Shown: positions 25,764-36,999, counted from the first letter of the stretch. The stretch is 64,000 bases of DNA from Histomonas meleagridis 2922-C6/04-290x (GCA_020184695.1 JAANOX010000138.1:1-64000), one strand, 5' to 3'. Notes: a model not told the origin generated them from the sequence alone. Translations and numbers: made by a program.

Positions 25764-26252
25764 TTATTCATCTTGGTTCAAGTTTTGATACTCCGTAGGA
25801 TTCATTGATGATCTATAATAAAAGAATTGAAGGATTCCTGCAATAGCTACGTTAGCTGCAAAGAAAAAAAAGAATGAATAAACTAAAGCAGTTGCAGAGT
25901 TAGGATGAATAGGCTTGACATTGCTTGCAAGCAATACATTCATATTTTCGTTTGGTTTTGCTTTTAATCCAAAAATTGCATATTGGGATGAATCAGAAAG
26001 AAAAACTTGGTTTGAGGTAACTTTTGTGCTGTTGGTAGTTGGACATTCATGGCCATAGTTATAATATATTTCTTCTGTTTGGTTATTTCCTGAATATGCT
26101 TTAACATTTACAGTATGTCCGAAGTCACCAAAACCTACTCCGAAATATGCCCACCCATTTTCATCTGTTTGAACTTCCTTAAATTCACCATGGATGTCAA
26201 ATGGAACTATGTTACAATTCCTGATAAAAAGGAGTGGCAACACCCAAAGCAT
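25764..26252 (-). CDS. Small type I membrane protein, unknown function
   Basis: Signal-like MLWVLPLLFI (ATG 26252), C-terminal TM ALVYSFFFFFAANVAIAGILQFFYY and short tail with a YQNL (YxxL) motif. Confidence 0.7.
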   Translation of the reverse strand: MLWVLPLLFIRNCNIVPFDIHGEFKEVQTDENGWAYFGVGFGDFGHTVNVKAYSGNNQTEEIYYNYGHECPTTNSTKVTSNQVFLSDSSQYAIFGLKAKPNENMNVLLASNVKPIHPNSATALVYSFFFFFAANVAIAGILQFFYYRSSMNPTEYQNLNQDE

Positions 26253-26474
26253 AATTAACCGAACTAACGATAGCACATCCACTTTTTGATATATTTGAGA
26301 GATCTCATAGAATAAAAGCTTTATGGATAACGATAGAATTCTATAAAATATTTTTGTACTCAAACGATTAATTTTCAAACAAAATGCTGGACCTTGTGGA
26401 GCAACATATTTGAAAGGTTTTTTCTGTTTATCTACCTTTTTGAATACCAATATTGCTCAAATTTGAAAGTCCAA

Positions 26475-27296
26475 ATGAGCCTCTACCAATCTGGAAACAT
26501 TACAAAGCCTGAAAACATTTGTATGCAAGAATTTATCGAAAAAGAGTTGAACATATCCGCACCTGAACTTGGCGATGAAGTTAGAAAGAAATTGGCAAAT
26601 ATAGCTTTGGGATTTTTCGAAAATAAGATTTCTATGACTGCCGCATTAACAGTATTTTCCGAATGCTCATGTCCAGCAACTGTAATAACAAAACTTGCAC
26701 ATGTTAAGGCATCTGGTTATAAGCCTCTTCCCGTCAAAAAACTGACAGTTGATAATCTTAAAACAGCTTTGATGCCAACTCGAAAAAAGAGTGCTGTATG
26801 GAAAGCAGATGAAGACATGCGTTTACTTACAGCAATTTCTCGTTATGGCACACATGATTGGGTAATGATTTCTGCATTTGTTGGCAATGGAAGAACCTCA
26901 TCACAATGTAATCAAAGGTGGACGCGTGCCCTTAATCCAGCCATTTCAAGAGAGCCATGGTCAGCTGAAGAAGATCAAAAACTCATAAATATTGTTAATC
27001 AATTGGGCGAATATGGTTGGAGAAGAATTGCATCACAGATTCCAGGGAGAACAGACTTGCAATGTAGACACAGATATCTTCAATTAAAACGAATTTCAAA
27101 TCAGAATAAAATATCAGAACCTCAAACAACAACAACAACAAATAAGACACACATCACGCTCCCAAGCCTCGCGCCTACATTTGACGGCTCTAATCCGATT
27201 TCCATGTTTCCTATTAATTTTCCATTGTTCAATTCAACATTAGATGCAACAGCTCCTCCGCTGATTGTAAAGAGAGGAAATTTGTCGTTACCATGA
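26475..27296 (+). CDS. R2R3 Myb-like DNA-binding protein
   Basis: WKADEDMRLL..W..I..GRTSSQCNQRW followed by WSAEEDQKL..W..IA..GRTDLQCRHRY; ATG at 26475. Confidence 0.9.
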   Translation: MSLYQSGNITKPENICMQEFIEKELNISAPELGDEVRKKLANIALGFFENKISMTAALTVFSECSCPATVITKLAHVKASGYKPLPVKKLTVDNLKTALMPTRKKSAVWKADEDMRLLTAISRYGTHDWVMISAFVGNGRTSSQCNQRWTRALNPAISREPWSAEEDQKLINIVNQLGEYGWRRIASQIPGRTDLQCRHRYLQLKRISNQNKISEPQTTTTTNKTHITLPSLAPTFDGSNPISMFPINFPLFNSTLDATAPPLIVKRGNLSLP

Positions 27297-27676
27297 GAAA
27301 TAACTTTTAGCGAAAATAAAATGTAATATATAATTTATCGTTTGGAAAAAAGATTATTTTGATTTATAATATTTTTACTGTTGGAATTAATATTTTCTAT
27401 TTGAAGTGTAAAAAATCTGAATGAAGTTTGATATAAACTCATTAATTTTCCTTATCCAAATTCATTTTAAGTTGTATTTCTTAGATGAATTTATTAAGAA
27501 AAGAAAAAAGAACAAATTGTGCATAAAAGATTTGATTTTTATATCAATTATCTTCTTTACGTTGCAAATATCTTGCAAAAAAATAACTAAAATTTATAGC
27601 AATTAAGCGAAATAATTTACAAAAAGATGAAAACGAAACAGTAACAAATCGAATACAAAAATATTTATAACAAAAA

Positions 27677-29071
27677 TCAGTCGCTCATATCCTGAATCGC
27701 AGCAGCATTATGAGATTTTGTTTTAAATGATCCATGGACAACATTATATGCTCCTGGCCCAGGGAAATTGTCCACATTTCTATTTTCTCGGTAAGTTCTT
27801 GGAATTGTTCTTCCTTTTTCGAGATCACTATCTAATTTCTGATATGAATCTGGAGATGGTGTCTCTATTTTAGATGACTCAATCCAATCTCCATGTTTCT
27901 CAAACCTTGACTCATGGATTGACATTGGTATATGATGTGCTGAGTCTGTGATTTGTGGTGAATAACTTCCAGGACCAGGATTAGAGTTATCAACTTTCCT
28001 TGAGCGTGATGCGCATGACTTAAAGACGCTACTAGGACGATATTCATGATCCCAAAGTGGAGTTGTATTATATTTACCTGGTCCAGGAACCCATTCTTTT
28101 GAATCCACCGAACGCGATTGAGCCCTTGGTAAAGCACTATGTTTATTTTTAACCCACTTAGAGTTGGTATTATAAGAACCTGGCCCTGGGTTGCGATTAA
28201 GAGGTTGAAGCGAATGACGATCAGAATACAGCTCAAAACCACCGCCGATAGAATTCTGACGGCGGTTATAACGATAGTATGCTGCAGGGCCCGGGGTCGA
28301 ATCCCGTGTGTCGAATATTTTTCTTTCTCCGCGATATTTGAACATTGGACTTGATTCTTGCTCTGGTGTAACCCAAACTTTAGGGCTAACGAAGCCAGAA
28401 GATCCACCATCAGATACGCGATTGTTTCTAGGAACAGGTGATATTGCAACAGGAATTTTGGAGTTGATATCTGAAGGCGAATAAGACCCTGGACCAGGAT
28501 TGCTTTCTCTGTTAAGAAATAAATCGCGTTTACTGCTCCTGTCGAGAGAAATTGATAAAGATGTTTTTTTGGGATTATTGGTATCATACGAACCTGGCCC
28601 AATCCATTCTGGTCCATGCTTAACCTGTTTCACAGGAACCCAATTACCATCACCACTTTGAATGTACCCAATTACATCCTGTCCAACATAACCACTTGAA
28701 GTTTTTCTTGTCGGAAGATTTGTTCTTGATACTTTTTTTGGATGTTTTCCAACCCATTCTTCGATGTGTCCATATTGTGCAGGTGATGGTGTTGATATTG
28801 TTGGGAAAACATCTCTTTTACTTTCTGAATTAAAAACCGATGTTATTGCCACACTTTGATTAAGAGGTTTAGCTTCATATTTTCCTGGAGCTGGGTTGTC
28901 GTCTGTTTTTGTGAGACACATATCACGTGAAGCTCTCGATCCAAATGGAGCCTTCATTTTCTTTTTATTACCAATTTCAGACGTAACATTATATTTCCCA
29001 GGCCCTACTTCTTCTGGTGTATTTTTTATAACATTAGAAAATTTTCTTTCTGAGCCAAGGGAAAATAACAT
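27677..29071 (-). CDS. SHIPPO/STPG (PGPGxY repeat) axonemal protein, ODF3/STPG1-like
   Basis: About ten PGPG(S/K/A)Y-type repeats. The track start is GTG; first ATG is 29071. Confidence 0.85.
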   Translation of the reverse strand: MLFSLGSERKFSNVIKNTPEEVGPGKYNVTSEIGNKKKMKAPFGSRASRDMCLTKTDDNPAPGKYEAKPLNQSVAITSVFNSESKRDVFPTISTPSPAQYGHIEEWVGKHPKKVSRTNLPTRKTSSGYVGQDVIGYIQSGDGNWVPVKQVKHGPEWIGPGSYDTNNPKKTSLSISLDRSSKRDLFLNRESNPGPGSYSPSDINSKIPVAISPVPRNNRVSDGGSSGFVSPKVWVTPEQESSPMFKYRGERKIFDTRDSTPGPAAYYRYNRRQNSIGGGFELYSDRHSLQPLNRNPGPGSYNTNSKWVKNKHSALPRAQSRSVDSKEWVPGPGKYNTTPLWDHEYRPSSVFKSCASRSRKVDNSNPGPGSYSPQITDSAHHIPMSIHESRFEKHGDWIESSKIETPSPDSYQKLDSDLEKGRTIPRTYRENRNVDNFPGPGAYNVVHGSFKTKSHNAAAIQDMSD

Positions 29072-29164
29072 TTTTTTGGAGGATAACGTATTGTAGGGGC
29101 ACCCCAAACCGTTTCCGTTCACGTTTACAACGTAAAATGTTCACCTAAATCTGGCTGTCAAAAA

Positions 29165-30517
29165 ATGTTCGGTTCGTTTGGAGGCGATCTCACTGGGAAT
29201 GAATTTATATTTAAAGATAAACATTTAGTTATCGACCGAAAAATATTTGAAGGTGGTTATGGTGTTATTTACTTAGCAAAAGATTCTGATGGGAAAAATT
29301 GTGCACTCAAGATCTTACAAGTACCTGATAAAGAACGTTATATAATGGCATCTAATGAATACAAATATCATTATGAATGTTCATTACATCAAAACGTTGT
29401 TTCAATCTATGGAATGATTGAAAACAAAAATGAAAACAAAATGATAATTTTGATGGAGTTTTGTGAAGATAATTTGGTTAACCAAATGAACAAAGTTTTC
29501 GGAACAGGATTTGATGACAAAAAAATTGTTGAAATTTTCTCTCAGATTTGTGAAGCTGTTAACTTTATTCATTCTTGTGGAATTATCCATCGTGACTTAA
29601 AACCAGAAAATGTATTATGGAATGAAGGAAAATGGAAATTATGTGATTTTGGATCAGCCACAAATAAAGTATATGATTTGGCAAATACTGATGAATTTAA
29701 TGAAGCTTCATTAGATATAGAAAAAAATACTACACCAATATATCGATCACCAGAAATGTGTGATTTATATCGAGGTCAAAAAATTGATTCAAAGTCTGAC
29801 ATTTGGGCACTTGGATGTATTTTATATAAGCTTTGTACATTCCAAGATCCTTTTCCAGAATCAAATCTTCAAATTTTAAATATAAATTACAAATGGCCCG
29901 AAAGTAAAAAGATCAATCCAAGTTTCAAAGAAATTGTAAGGTGCATATTTAAGTCGAACCCAAATGAAAGACCTACAGCTCGAGAACTATTGGGAAAGCT
30001 GTATTCTTATTTCCCAGATCTCATCGAGAAAAAGTGGGAAATCAAAACCCAAACAAACACAGTCAATTTTGATAATCCGTTTGGACTTTTTGAGAATGTA
30101 AAGCAAACAAAAGTCATCCAAGATAAAGTATCTTCTTCAAGAAGCTCTGACTTTAAAAACCCTAATATTGGATTTCAATTTGATGGAGAAGAAGAGAAAT
30201 CACCTGAAAAAGTAGATCCCGTTGATAAAGATATGAGCAATCGATGGAATTTTAGCTCATTTAACCAAGATCCATTTGCAAATGCTTCACAAAATAATAT
30301 GAAAGTTGATCCATTTGCTACTGCCTCACAAAGCAATACACAGATTGATCCATTTGCTGCCGCTTCAAACGTAGATCCGTTTGCTAACCCATTTGGTAAT
30401 ACATCTGTTGACCCATTCGCGGCTACTCCAAATGTAGATCCGTTTGCTGCGGCTGCAAATGTAAAAGGTACTCCGCCTGTAGATCCATTTGCTAATGACC
30501 CATTTGCACAAAAATAA
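29165..30517 (+). CDS. NAK-family (AAK1/BIKE-like) kinase with DPF/NPF tail
   Basis: EGGYGVIY, CALK, HRDLKPENVL, KLCDFGSAT, TTPIYRSPEMCDLY; eight DPF motifs and NPF motifs in the tail. Confidence 0.9.
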   Translation: MFGSFGGDLTGNEFIFKDKHLVIDRKIFEGGYGVIYLAKDSDGKNCALKILQVPDKERYIMASNEYKYHYECSLHQNVVSIYGMIENKNENKMIILMEFCEDNLVNQMNKVFGTGFDDKKIVEIFSQICEAVNFIHSCGIIHRDLKPENVLWNEGKWKLCDFGSATNKVYDLANTDEFNEASLDIEKNTTPIYRSPEMCDLYRGQKIDSKSDIWALGCILYKLCTFQDPFPESNLQILNINYKWPESKKINPSFKEIVRCIFKSNPNERPTARELLGKLYSYFPDLIEKKWEIKTQTNTVNFDNPFGLFENVKQTKVIQDKVSSSRSSDFKNPNIGFQFDGEEEKSPEKVDPVDKDMSNRWNFSSFNQDPFANASQNNMKVDPFATASQSNTQIDPFAAASNVDPFANPFGNTSVDPFAATPNVDPFAAAANVKGTPPVDPFANDPFAQK

Positions 30518-31014
30518 AATGTGTTTTCATGATTTATAGAACTAAAAATAATTTTATAAAATCAACATGAAGTATTTGCTTAAAGAAAATCGTGTAAAAC
30601 AATTCCTTTGCGGATTCCATAAAACATTGAAAAAAATGCCATTTTAGTTGATGATAAGAAAGCACATTGAAACTGATGGTTTTCTTTAAATACATTTTAT
30701 CTTTTAATTTTTTTTGGAGACTTTGTGCTCCTTAAAATTATTCCATCTTGAGCTTATATATAAGAGAGTAGCTTATATATGAGATTTTATTAAAGTATTA
30801 TTGAAAATTGGCTCTTATCTCATCTGCTTTGTTTTGATCACGTTATTGCTCATTCAATGATTTTCTTTTTGTTCTGGTTAAATTAACCAAAAAAATTTGA
30901 AATTTTACACATGTTGTAAATTTTTTGAATGCAATCCGGTGGTTTTTTCTGATGTTTACATAAGAACGATTATTTTTATCACAAAAACGAAGGGCCTTAG
31001 CTAAGGTACCTCCA

Positions 31015-31986
31015 ATGAAGATTGGCTCTTTGGCATTTTTCCAAAATGAAAGCTCTAAAGAGAAAATTGGCGAATTTGAAAAAGCAATTGTAATTGGAAA
31101 GGGAACATTTGGAACTGTTTTTAAAGCTCAAACAGCAGATGGTAAATTATATGCTATAAAAAAAGTTCTGCAGGACCCACACTATAAAAACAGAGAGCTT
31201 TCTATACTTAAAGAAGTAAATCATCCAAATTGTCTCAAGCTAATCGATTATTATGTTACAACTGAAGGTGAACCACAACAATTATACTTACATATAATAA
31301 CAGATTGTTTTCCAACAGATCTATCTTTTTACCTTCGGAAAGAAAAAGGTAATATTAGTAATGACATTATCAAAATATTTTCATATCAAATTTTTCGAGC
31401 TCTTTCATATCTACACAAGATCGGCATATGCCACCGTGATATTAAGCCATCTAACATTCTCATAAATCCTGAAAATGGAAAACTGGGTATCTGTGATTTT
31501 GGATCAGCCAAGAAAATTCAATCTAATGAACCCAGTGTTTCCTACATAGCTACACGTAACTATAGAGCCCCGGAACTCCTCTTTGATTGTCGGTATTACA
31601 ATTATCCAGTTGACATATGGGCAGCTGGATGCATCGTTGCTGAGTTTGTCAATGGTGGAACACCAATCTTTCGTGGTAAGTCCAATGATTATATGATCCG
31701 TTCCATGATAAACATTATTGGAACCCCAACTGAATCTGATTTAAATGAATATGGGAACTCAAAGGTATGTCCTAATATAAAAAGAGAAAGAAGACCAATT
31801 CAAGAAGCACTATCAAGCAATGCTGATCCCCAACTGCTTGATTTGCTTGAACATATATTTGTATATTCACCTTCAAAACGAATCACTGCTGAACAGTGCT
31901 TAAATCATCCTTTCTTTGATGGCATTAGGAAAGGGAATTTAAAGCTCCCAAATAACAAAATTTTTGTTCTTGAACCTGAAACTTAA
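31015..31986 (+). CDS. GSK3/Shaggy-like CMGC kinase
   Basis: GKGTFGTV, AIKKVLQDPHYKNREL, CHRDIKPSN, CDFGSAK, SYIATRNYRAPEL. Confidence 0.9.
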   Translation: MKIGSLAFFQNESSKEKIGEFEKAIVIGKGTFGTVFKAQTADGKLYAIKKVLQDPHYKNRELSILKEVNHPNCLKLIDYYVTTEGEPQQLYLHIITDCFPTDLSFYLRKEKGNISNDIIKIFSYQIFRALSYLHKIGICHRDIKPSNILINPENGKLGICDFGSAKKIQSNEPSVSYIATRNYRAPELLFDCRYYNYPVDIWAAGCIVAEFVNGGTPIFRGKSNDYMIRSMINIIGTPTESDLNEYGNSKVCPNIKRERRPIQEALSSNADPQLLDLLEHIFVYSPSKRITAEQCLNHPFFDGIRKGNLKLPNNKIFVLEPET

Positions 31987-32072
31987 CGTTCGAATGGATG
32001 ATAGAATATTTTCAGAACTGAAAAACGGCTTTGCTTTGAATTTTCTATTAGGGTTGAAAATTCAGTTGTTTA

Positions 32073-32723
32073 TTAAATCGTATCGGCGCCTGACCATTCT
32101 TCAAAGAATTTACTGAGAAAATCACACATGTACTGATGCCTTAACTCTGCTATCCTTTTACCGCTTTGTGTTTGCATACGGTCTTTGAGAAGGAGAAGTT
32201 TCTCATAAAAATGAGAAATGCTTGATCCACGATGATTTCGATATTCTTCTTCTGTAGAACTTAGAACGGGTTTTTCGTTGGGAGTGTATATTGGATTACC
32301 GACATGCCCTCCGTAAGCAAAACAACGAGCAATTCCAATTGCACCTATTGCATCAAGACGATCAGCATCTTGTACCACTTTTCCTTCAATAGATGACATT
32401 GGAGTAGGAACTCCAGCTCCTTTGTATGATATATTATCAATTATATCAAGAATTTTAGATATTTTTTCATCAGATATATCAACATCTTTCATGACTTGAA
32501 TCATTTCTTGTCTAGCACCAGCTTGGTCAGTACAAATTTTACAATCTGTAATATCATGAAGAAGAGCAGCACAAGAAACAATTTCAAGATCACAATTTCC
32601 TTCGCTCTCAGCAATCTTTAAAGCGACGTTTCTAACACGTATGCAGTGATAAACGTCATGGCCTGAAGTTTCAACGCCCAGTTTTTTATGAACAAATTCT
32701 TCAATTTTAACTGTTTTGTTCAT
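32073..32723 (-). CDS. HD-domain phosphohydrolase, bacterial YedJ-like
   Basis: GHDVYH..RV, AALLHD, VVQDADRLDAIGAIGIARCFAYGG, HFYEKLLLLKDRMQT..RH; first ATG 32723. Confidence 0.9.
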   Translation of the reverse strand: MNKTVKIEEFVHKKLGVETSGHDVYHCIRVRNVALKIAESEGNCDLEIVSCAALLHDITDCKICTDQAGARQEMIQVMKDVDISDEKISKILDIIDNISYKGAGVPTPMSSIEGKVVQDADRLDAIGAIGIARCFAYGGHVGNPIYTPNEKPVLSSTEEEYRNHRGSSISHFYEKLLLLKDRMQTQSGKRIAELRHQYMCDFLSKFFEEWSGADTI

Positions 32724-32857
32724 TCTCAGACATTTGATGTAAAAAATTGTTTTTTTAAGTGGTTTTAAATAGTTTATTTTGGTCAAAATTGTGGCTCGTT
32801 TGGTCAAGTGACAACCGTCCAGCCAAATCAAAACTTTACATACCGAACAGCCTCGTC

Positions 32858-34252
32858 ATGGGTTCTCCCCTGCTCAATACCATCGCTTCTTTAATTCAGA
32901 CATTTGGGCCAATGCTCATTATCATTGTTTTTAACGTTTTGTTATATCCGATTTCTCGTTATATTTTACCGAAATTATCCCGAAAACAAAATTTATGGTT
33001 TCATGTTATTCTTGGATTAGCACTCGCAATAGCAATGTTCGGTATCGAGTTCTTCATACCACTTATTATGGCAGTTTCAACATATTTTATGCTCGAATTA
33101 AATCCTTTAATTACAATTATTTATAGCTTTGTATTCAGCTCTGCTTCTAACGTTTACTGTATGGTTACTATTGCTAAGGGATGGAAATGGATGGTAAACA
33201 GTATGACTTTAATAATGTTCCAAAAAATTATGACAACGGCCTTAGATCTTTACCATGGCAGGAAGTTAAAGAAAGGAGAAAAGATACGTCCATTCCATGA
33301 ACGTGTAGCTCTCGATAAAAAGATGAGTTTAGTCGAATGGATATCATACACATTTACACCATATGGTGCAACATCAGGTCCAAACTTCAATTATAAGATA
33401 CACGAATACATTCTTGAAACAGGCACACGTCCACATGTTTCTGATGATTCAATATCACATAAATATGCGAAAAAGCGCTTCATAATGATTCCAGTTTGGG
33501 TCATTCTTACCATTGTTGCCATGAAAATCACGCCAATATCTTTCTATAGCAAGCCTTTCTATGTTAATTCACCCGCAATAATAAGATTACTTTTAACCAT
33601 TTTCTGTACATTTTTCCATACCATCCGATACTTCGTTGCCTGGCAATCAGTTGAAGCTGGTATTTATGAAACTGGAGCAGGAGAATCAGGCTTATGTGAA
33701 ATTGATGACATTTCCAATTTGAACATCTTTGAAGTTCTCACAAGTGACACCATTGCCATATGGCTTCAACGATGGAATCATTCAGCGCATATCTTTTGGA
33801 AGCGATATTTATTATATCCTTTACTTGATCATGGCTGTCCATATTGGCTTGCAAATCCAATGGTTCTTGGCGTGTCTGCAATGTGGCATGGCTTTAATCC
33901 TGTTTATTATCTTCTTTTGCCTGAAATGATTGCGGCGCAAAAAGCGGATTTGTTAATACATCAAATGTTTGGTGATGTGGCAAATGTCGGGCCGATAGTA
34001 GTACGTTTAATTTATCGTTTTTGGATATGGATGTCAATGTTTAATGCGACTTCGACATGGTGGTATAGGACTTTCGACTCGTTCTTCTTCGTAAGAAGGT
34101 CAAATGGTTACTTGGGTACAATTTTGACATTTGGAACTTATGGTGTTATGTTAATATTATCTCTTATTATTAAGAAACCTCAAAAGAAGAATAATGAAGA
34201 TAAAAAAGATGAAGATAAGAAGAAAATAGAGACAAAACCAAAAAGTGAATAA
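32858..34252 (+). CDS. MBOAT family lysophospholipid acyltransferase
   Basis: Multi-TM protein; YTFTPYGATSGP, WLQRWNHSAHIFWKRY, VSAMWHGFNPVYY with catalytic His; Lys-rich tail; ATG 32858. Confidence 0.9.
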   Translation: MGSPLLNTIASLIQTFGPMLIIIVFNVLLYPISRYILPKLSRKQNLWFHVILGLALAIAMFGIEFFIPLIMAVSTYFMLELNPLITIIYSFVFSSASNVYCMVTIAKGWKWMVNSMTLIMFQKIMTTALDLYHGRKLKKGEKIRPFHERVALDKKMSLVEWISYTFTPYGATSGPNFNYKIHEYILETGTRPHVSDDSISHKYAKKRFIMIPVWVILTIVAMKITPISFYSKPFYVNSPAIIRLLLTIFCTFFHTIRYFVAWQSVEAGIYETGAGESGLCEIDDISNLNIFEVLTSDTIAIWLQRWNHSAHIFWKRYLLYPLLDHGCPYWLANPMVLGVSAMWHGFNPVYYLLLPEMIAAQKADLLIHQMFGDVANVGPIVVRLIYRFWIWMSMFNATSTWWYRTFDSFFFVRRSNGYLGTILTFGTYGVMLILSLIIKKPQKKNNEDKKDEDKKKIETKPKSE

Positions 34253-34698
34253 ATTTTTTAATATGGATGGAATTTATTTTTACGTAATAAAAATAATCGC
34301 TTAGGAATATTTGTGACGATAAATGTAATAAATGTATTTTTGCGTTGTGAGAATTTTTTACGTTGAATTAAGCGCTTTGGTAAAATGAATAGATATCGAA
34401 ATGAATATGTTTGAAACTTATTTCAAATCAATTATATAACTTATTTTAATTTGCTTACAATATTTACAATAAATCCAACCAAATGAAAGTTAAAAATAAT
34501 ATATGAGCTGCAATAATTATTAATATCAAACAGTAATGCTTCTATACAAAGTTTTCCAATTCCTTCAATGCATTCCTGTGCATGTGTTAAATTTATCATT
34601 GCATTTCCAAATGATTTTCATTTTGTATTTAATTTCACGCAACAAAACATTTTATTCGTTCCTAATTTATAAATAATTTTTTATTTCATTAAAAATAT

Positions 34699-36558
34699 TT
34701 ATACTATTTCGAGTCTTTCTTCTGTGTTTTGTCTTTCTTTCTCTTCCTGACTCAGCTTTTCTTCCTTTTCCTTCTTCGACACCTTCAAGCACTCCAGCTT
34801 CACCTGCAGCAGTCGCCTTAAGTTTTGGAACGCGTCCAATTGCTTCTGATTCGTTTCGCTTTGCGTTCCGACTGTTTTCTTTTGCTCCTTCAGCTCCCTC
34901 ATTTGCTTCTTCATGACGTGCGCCGACTTTTGGAAGAAGTCCGAATACGTTTTCATGTCTTTCGAAATCGGATTTCCGGTTTCGATTGCGTTTTTCTCAT
35001 CATTTGCTCGCTTTAACGTTCGCTCCAAACTTTGCATTAATGTCATTATACTGAAGTACTTCGATTGGTAGTTGGAAATATCAACTCTCAGCTTCTTGGA
35101 TTCTTCATCTAATTCCATGCAAACAGAATCATATTCAGATACTGCATTGGTATATCGTTTCTTGGCTTGCAAATACTTGCTTTCTACAGCCGCTGTATCT
35201 TTACGTTGGTTTTGAAGTCGTACTACATACGGTTTTAACTCATTTTGTCGAGCTTGAATACTTTGTTGAATTTCTTTGACAATTGAACTCATTTCTTCAA
35301 GTGTTTTGCCTTTGAGATCATCGAGATCTGCTTTAGCAGCTGATACCTTTTCCAGTTTTTCTCTTGCATCTCTAAATCCTCCAACTCCACGTTGTTGTTC
35401 TATCTTCAGAACTTCCTTATGAGATTTCTCTTGATGTTGTAATACTATTTCTTCAGTTCGCATCATTATAGCCAATTCTCGTTTTTGTAATGCGAGTTGT
35501 GATTGAAGTTCTTTATAATTATCATTTTTGATTTTTAATGTCCGGACAAATGCAGTAAAGTCTTTTCCGGTTGGCACTTCTATTGCTCCTGTTTCTTGCT
35601 TCTCTTGGAGTTGTTGCTCCGCTTCGGCTCGAGCTTTTTGAATGTCCGATAGCTGTCGTTGTTTTTGAGCGAGCCGTTTATTAGCGGCTATAACTTGTTG
35701 CTGGCAGAATGCGACACTTTTTTCGTTGGGGGAAGAACTTTGGTTCTTGCCTTGGTTACGGAATTCGGCAACTGCATTACGTAACGATATAAGTTGCGAT
35801 TCCATGTGGCTTCGAATGTTTTGGATTCGATTTGATGAAATTTCTTGACGATGAATTAAAAGGCGTTTTTCTTCAGTAAGCTTTTGTTGTTGTTCTTCAA
35901 GACGAACTTCTCGTTCGTTTTCTTCTCGGATTTTACTCGTCCATTTGAGAAGTTCATCAATATTAGGAACATTGGATAACTTCCGTTTAAAGCTGGAAAT
36001 ACGTGTGGCTATTCGTGCTTTGTTGGATTCGAGTTCTTGAATAACTTTTTTGAGCTCATCTACATTTGTGCTACCAACTTCGTTGTACTCGGTTAAAGCT
36101 GCATCAAATTGCTCACGAAGCTCGTTTTGTTGTGTAATAAGTTCGGCAACTGTTGGATCAACTTTGATTTCATCTGGAATTGGAACTTCTTCAAAAAATT
36201 TGGCTTTGTAGGCTCGCTTTTTCATCTCATCAAAGTCATTAAGAAGCCAAAGCATTGCAGGATGAATAAGTTCTTTGTCTGCATTGCCAAATCGAACATC
36301 CCATTCTTCAGGTTCACAAGGAAATTCATATTGTAGAACACGTAAAAATTCCGACATACGTTCTACCGTTGCTTCTATTTTTTCTGTTCCGATTTTCTCC
36401 GGCATAGTATCACTAATTTTGTATAAAATTGTGTTGAATAATTCTAGAAGTTCTCTCCCTGAAAGCTCAGAGAATTGGAAAAGAGTAAATTTCATGTCAA
36501 AAAGTCTTTTTAATAAGCTGACAATTTGTTCTTCGATGTTGTTCGAGCCGAAATTCAT
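34699..36558 (-). CDS. IFT81: Intraflagellar transport protein 81
   Basis: N-terminal CH-like domain (ELLELFNTIL..ERMSEFLRVLQY..IHPAMLWLL..KKRAYKAKF) followed by a long coiled coil; 619 aa. Confidence 0.88.
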   Translation of the reverse strand: MNFGSNNIEEQIVSLLKRLFDMKFTLFQFSELSGRELLELFNTILYKISDTMPEKIGTEKIEATVERMSEFLRVLQYEFPCEPEEWDVRFGNADKELIHPAMLWLLNDFDEMKKRAYKAKFFEEVPIPDEIKVDPTVAELITQQNELREQFDAALTEYNEVGSTNVDELKKVIQELESNKARIATRISSFKRKLSNVPNIDELLKWTSKIREENEREVRLEEQQQKLTEEKRLLIHRQEISSNRIQNIRSHMESQLISLRNAVAEFRNQGKNQSSSPNEKSVAFCQQQVIAANKRLAQKQRQLSDIQKARAEAEQQLQEKQETGAIEVPTGKDFTAFVRTLKIKNDNYKELQSQLALQKRELAIMMRTEEIVLQHQEKSHKEVLKIEQQRGVGGFRDAREKLEKVSAAKADLDDLKGKTLEEMSSIVKEIQQSIQARQNELKPYVVRLQNQRKDTAAVESKYLQAKKRYTNAVSEYDSVCMELDEESKKLRVDISNYQSKYFSIMTLMQSLERTLKRANDEKNAIETGNPISKDMKTYSDFFQKSAHVMKKQMRELKEQKKTVGTQSETNQKQLDAFQNLRRLLQVKLECLKVSKKEKEEKLSQEEKERQNTEERLEIV

Positions 36559-36927
36559 TTGAGTAAATCAAACGTCCTTTAACGAGAATAACCGTTGATA
36601 ACCGTTAATGTCCAACGTTTCAATTATATCCACCAACTGGGATAACAATAAAGTTTAACATTAAGAAATAAATACAGTTTTTCCAGCATTTAGATGTAAT
36701 TTTTTTTTATGCAAAAAATCTCTTTCATTTAGGAAAGACATATTTAATATATATTATTGAAATAAATAAAAATAAATCTTTATTAACTGAAACCTGTTTG
36801 ATCAGCAATATTATTCTGGTACATTTTATGTTGCAAGTTCATTTTCTAATATTGAAAGTTTTGATTTTCTTTTTTAATTTTCCTTTCAAAATCAATTATT
36901 AATTAAGTTATTTATCCATTTTCGAAT

Positions 36928-36999
36928 TCCGATATCGTTCATCGGTTAGGATATGTGGTTTTCATCCACGGGAGCGGGGTTCGACTCCCCGTATCGGAA
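36928..36999 (+). tRNA. tRNA-Glu (anticodon UUC)
   Basis: Acceptor TCCGATA/TATCGGA, D arm, anticodon stem TGTGG/CCACG with loop TT-TTC-AT, T arm CGGGG-TTCGACT-CCCCG; T-run downstream. Confidence 0.95.

Noticed and set aside
27865-28617. 250-aa overlapping ORF and other short antisense or alternate-frame ORFs in the track
   Set aside because: They are shadows of real genes (SHIPPO, tubulin, kinases, IFT81) with no domain signal.
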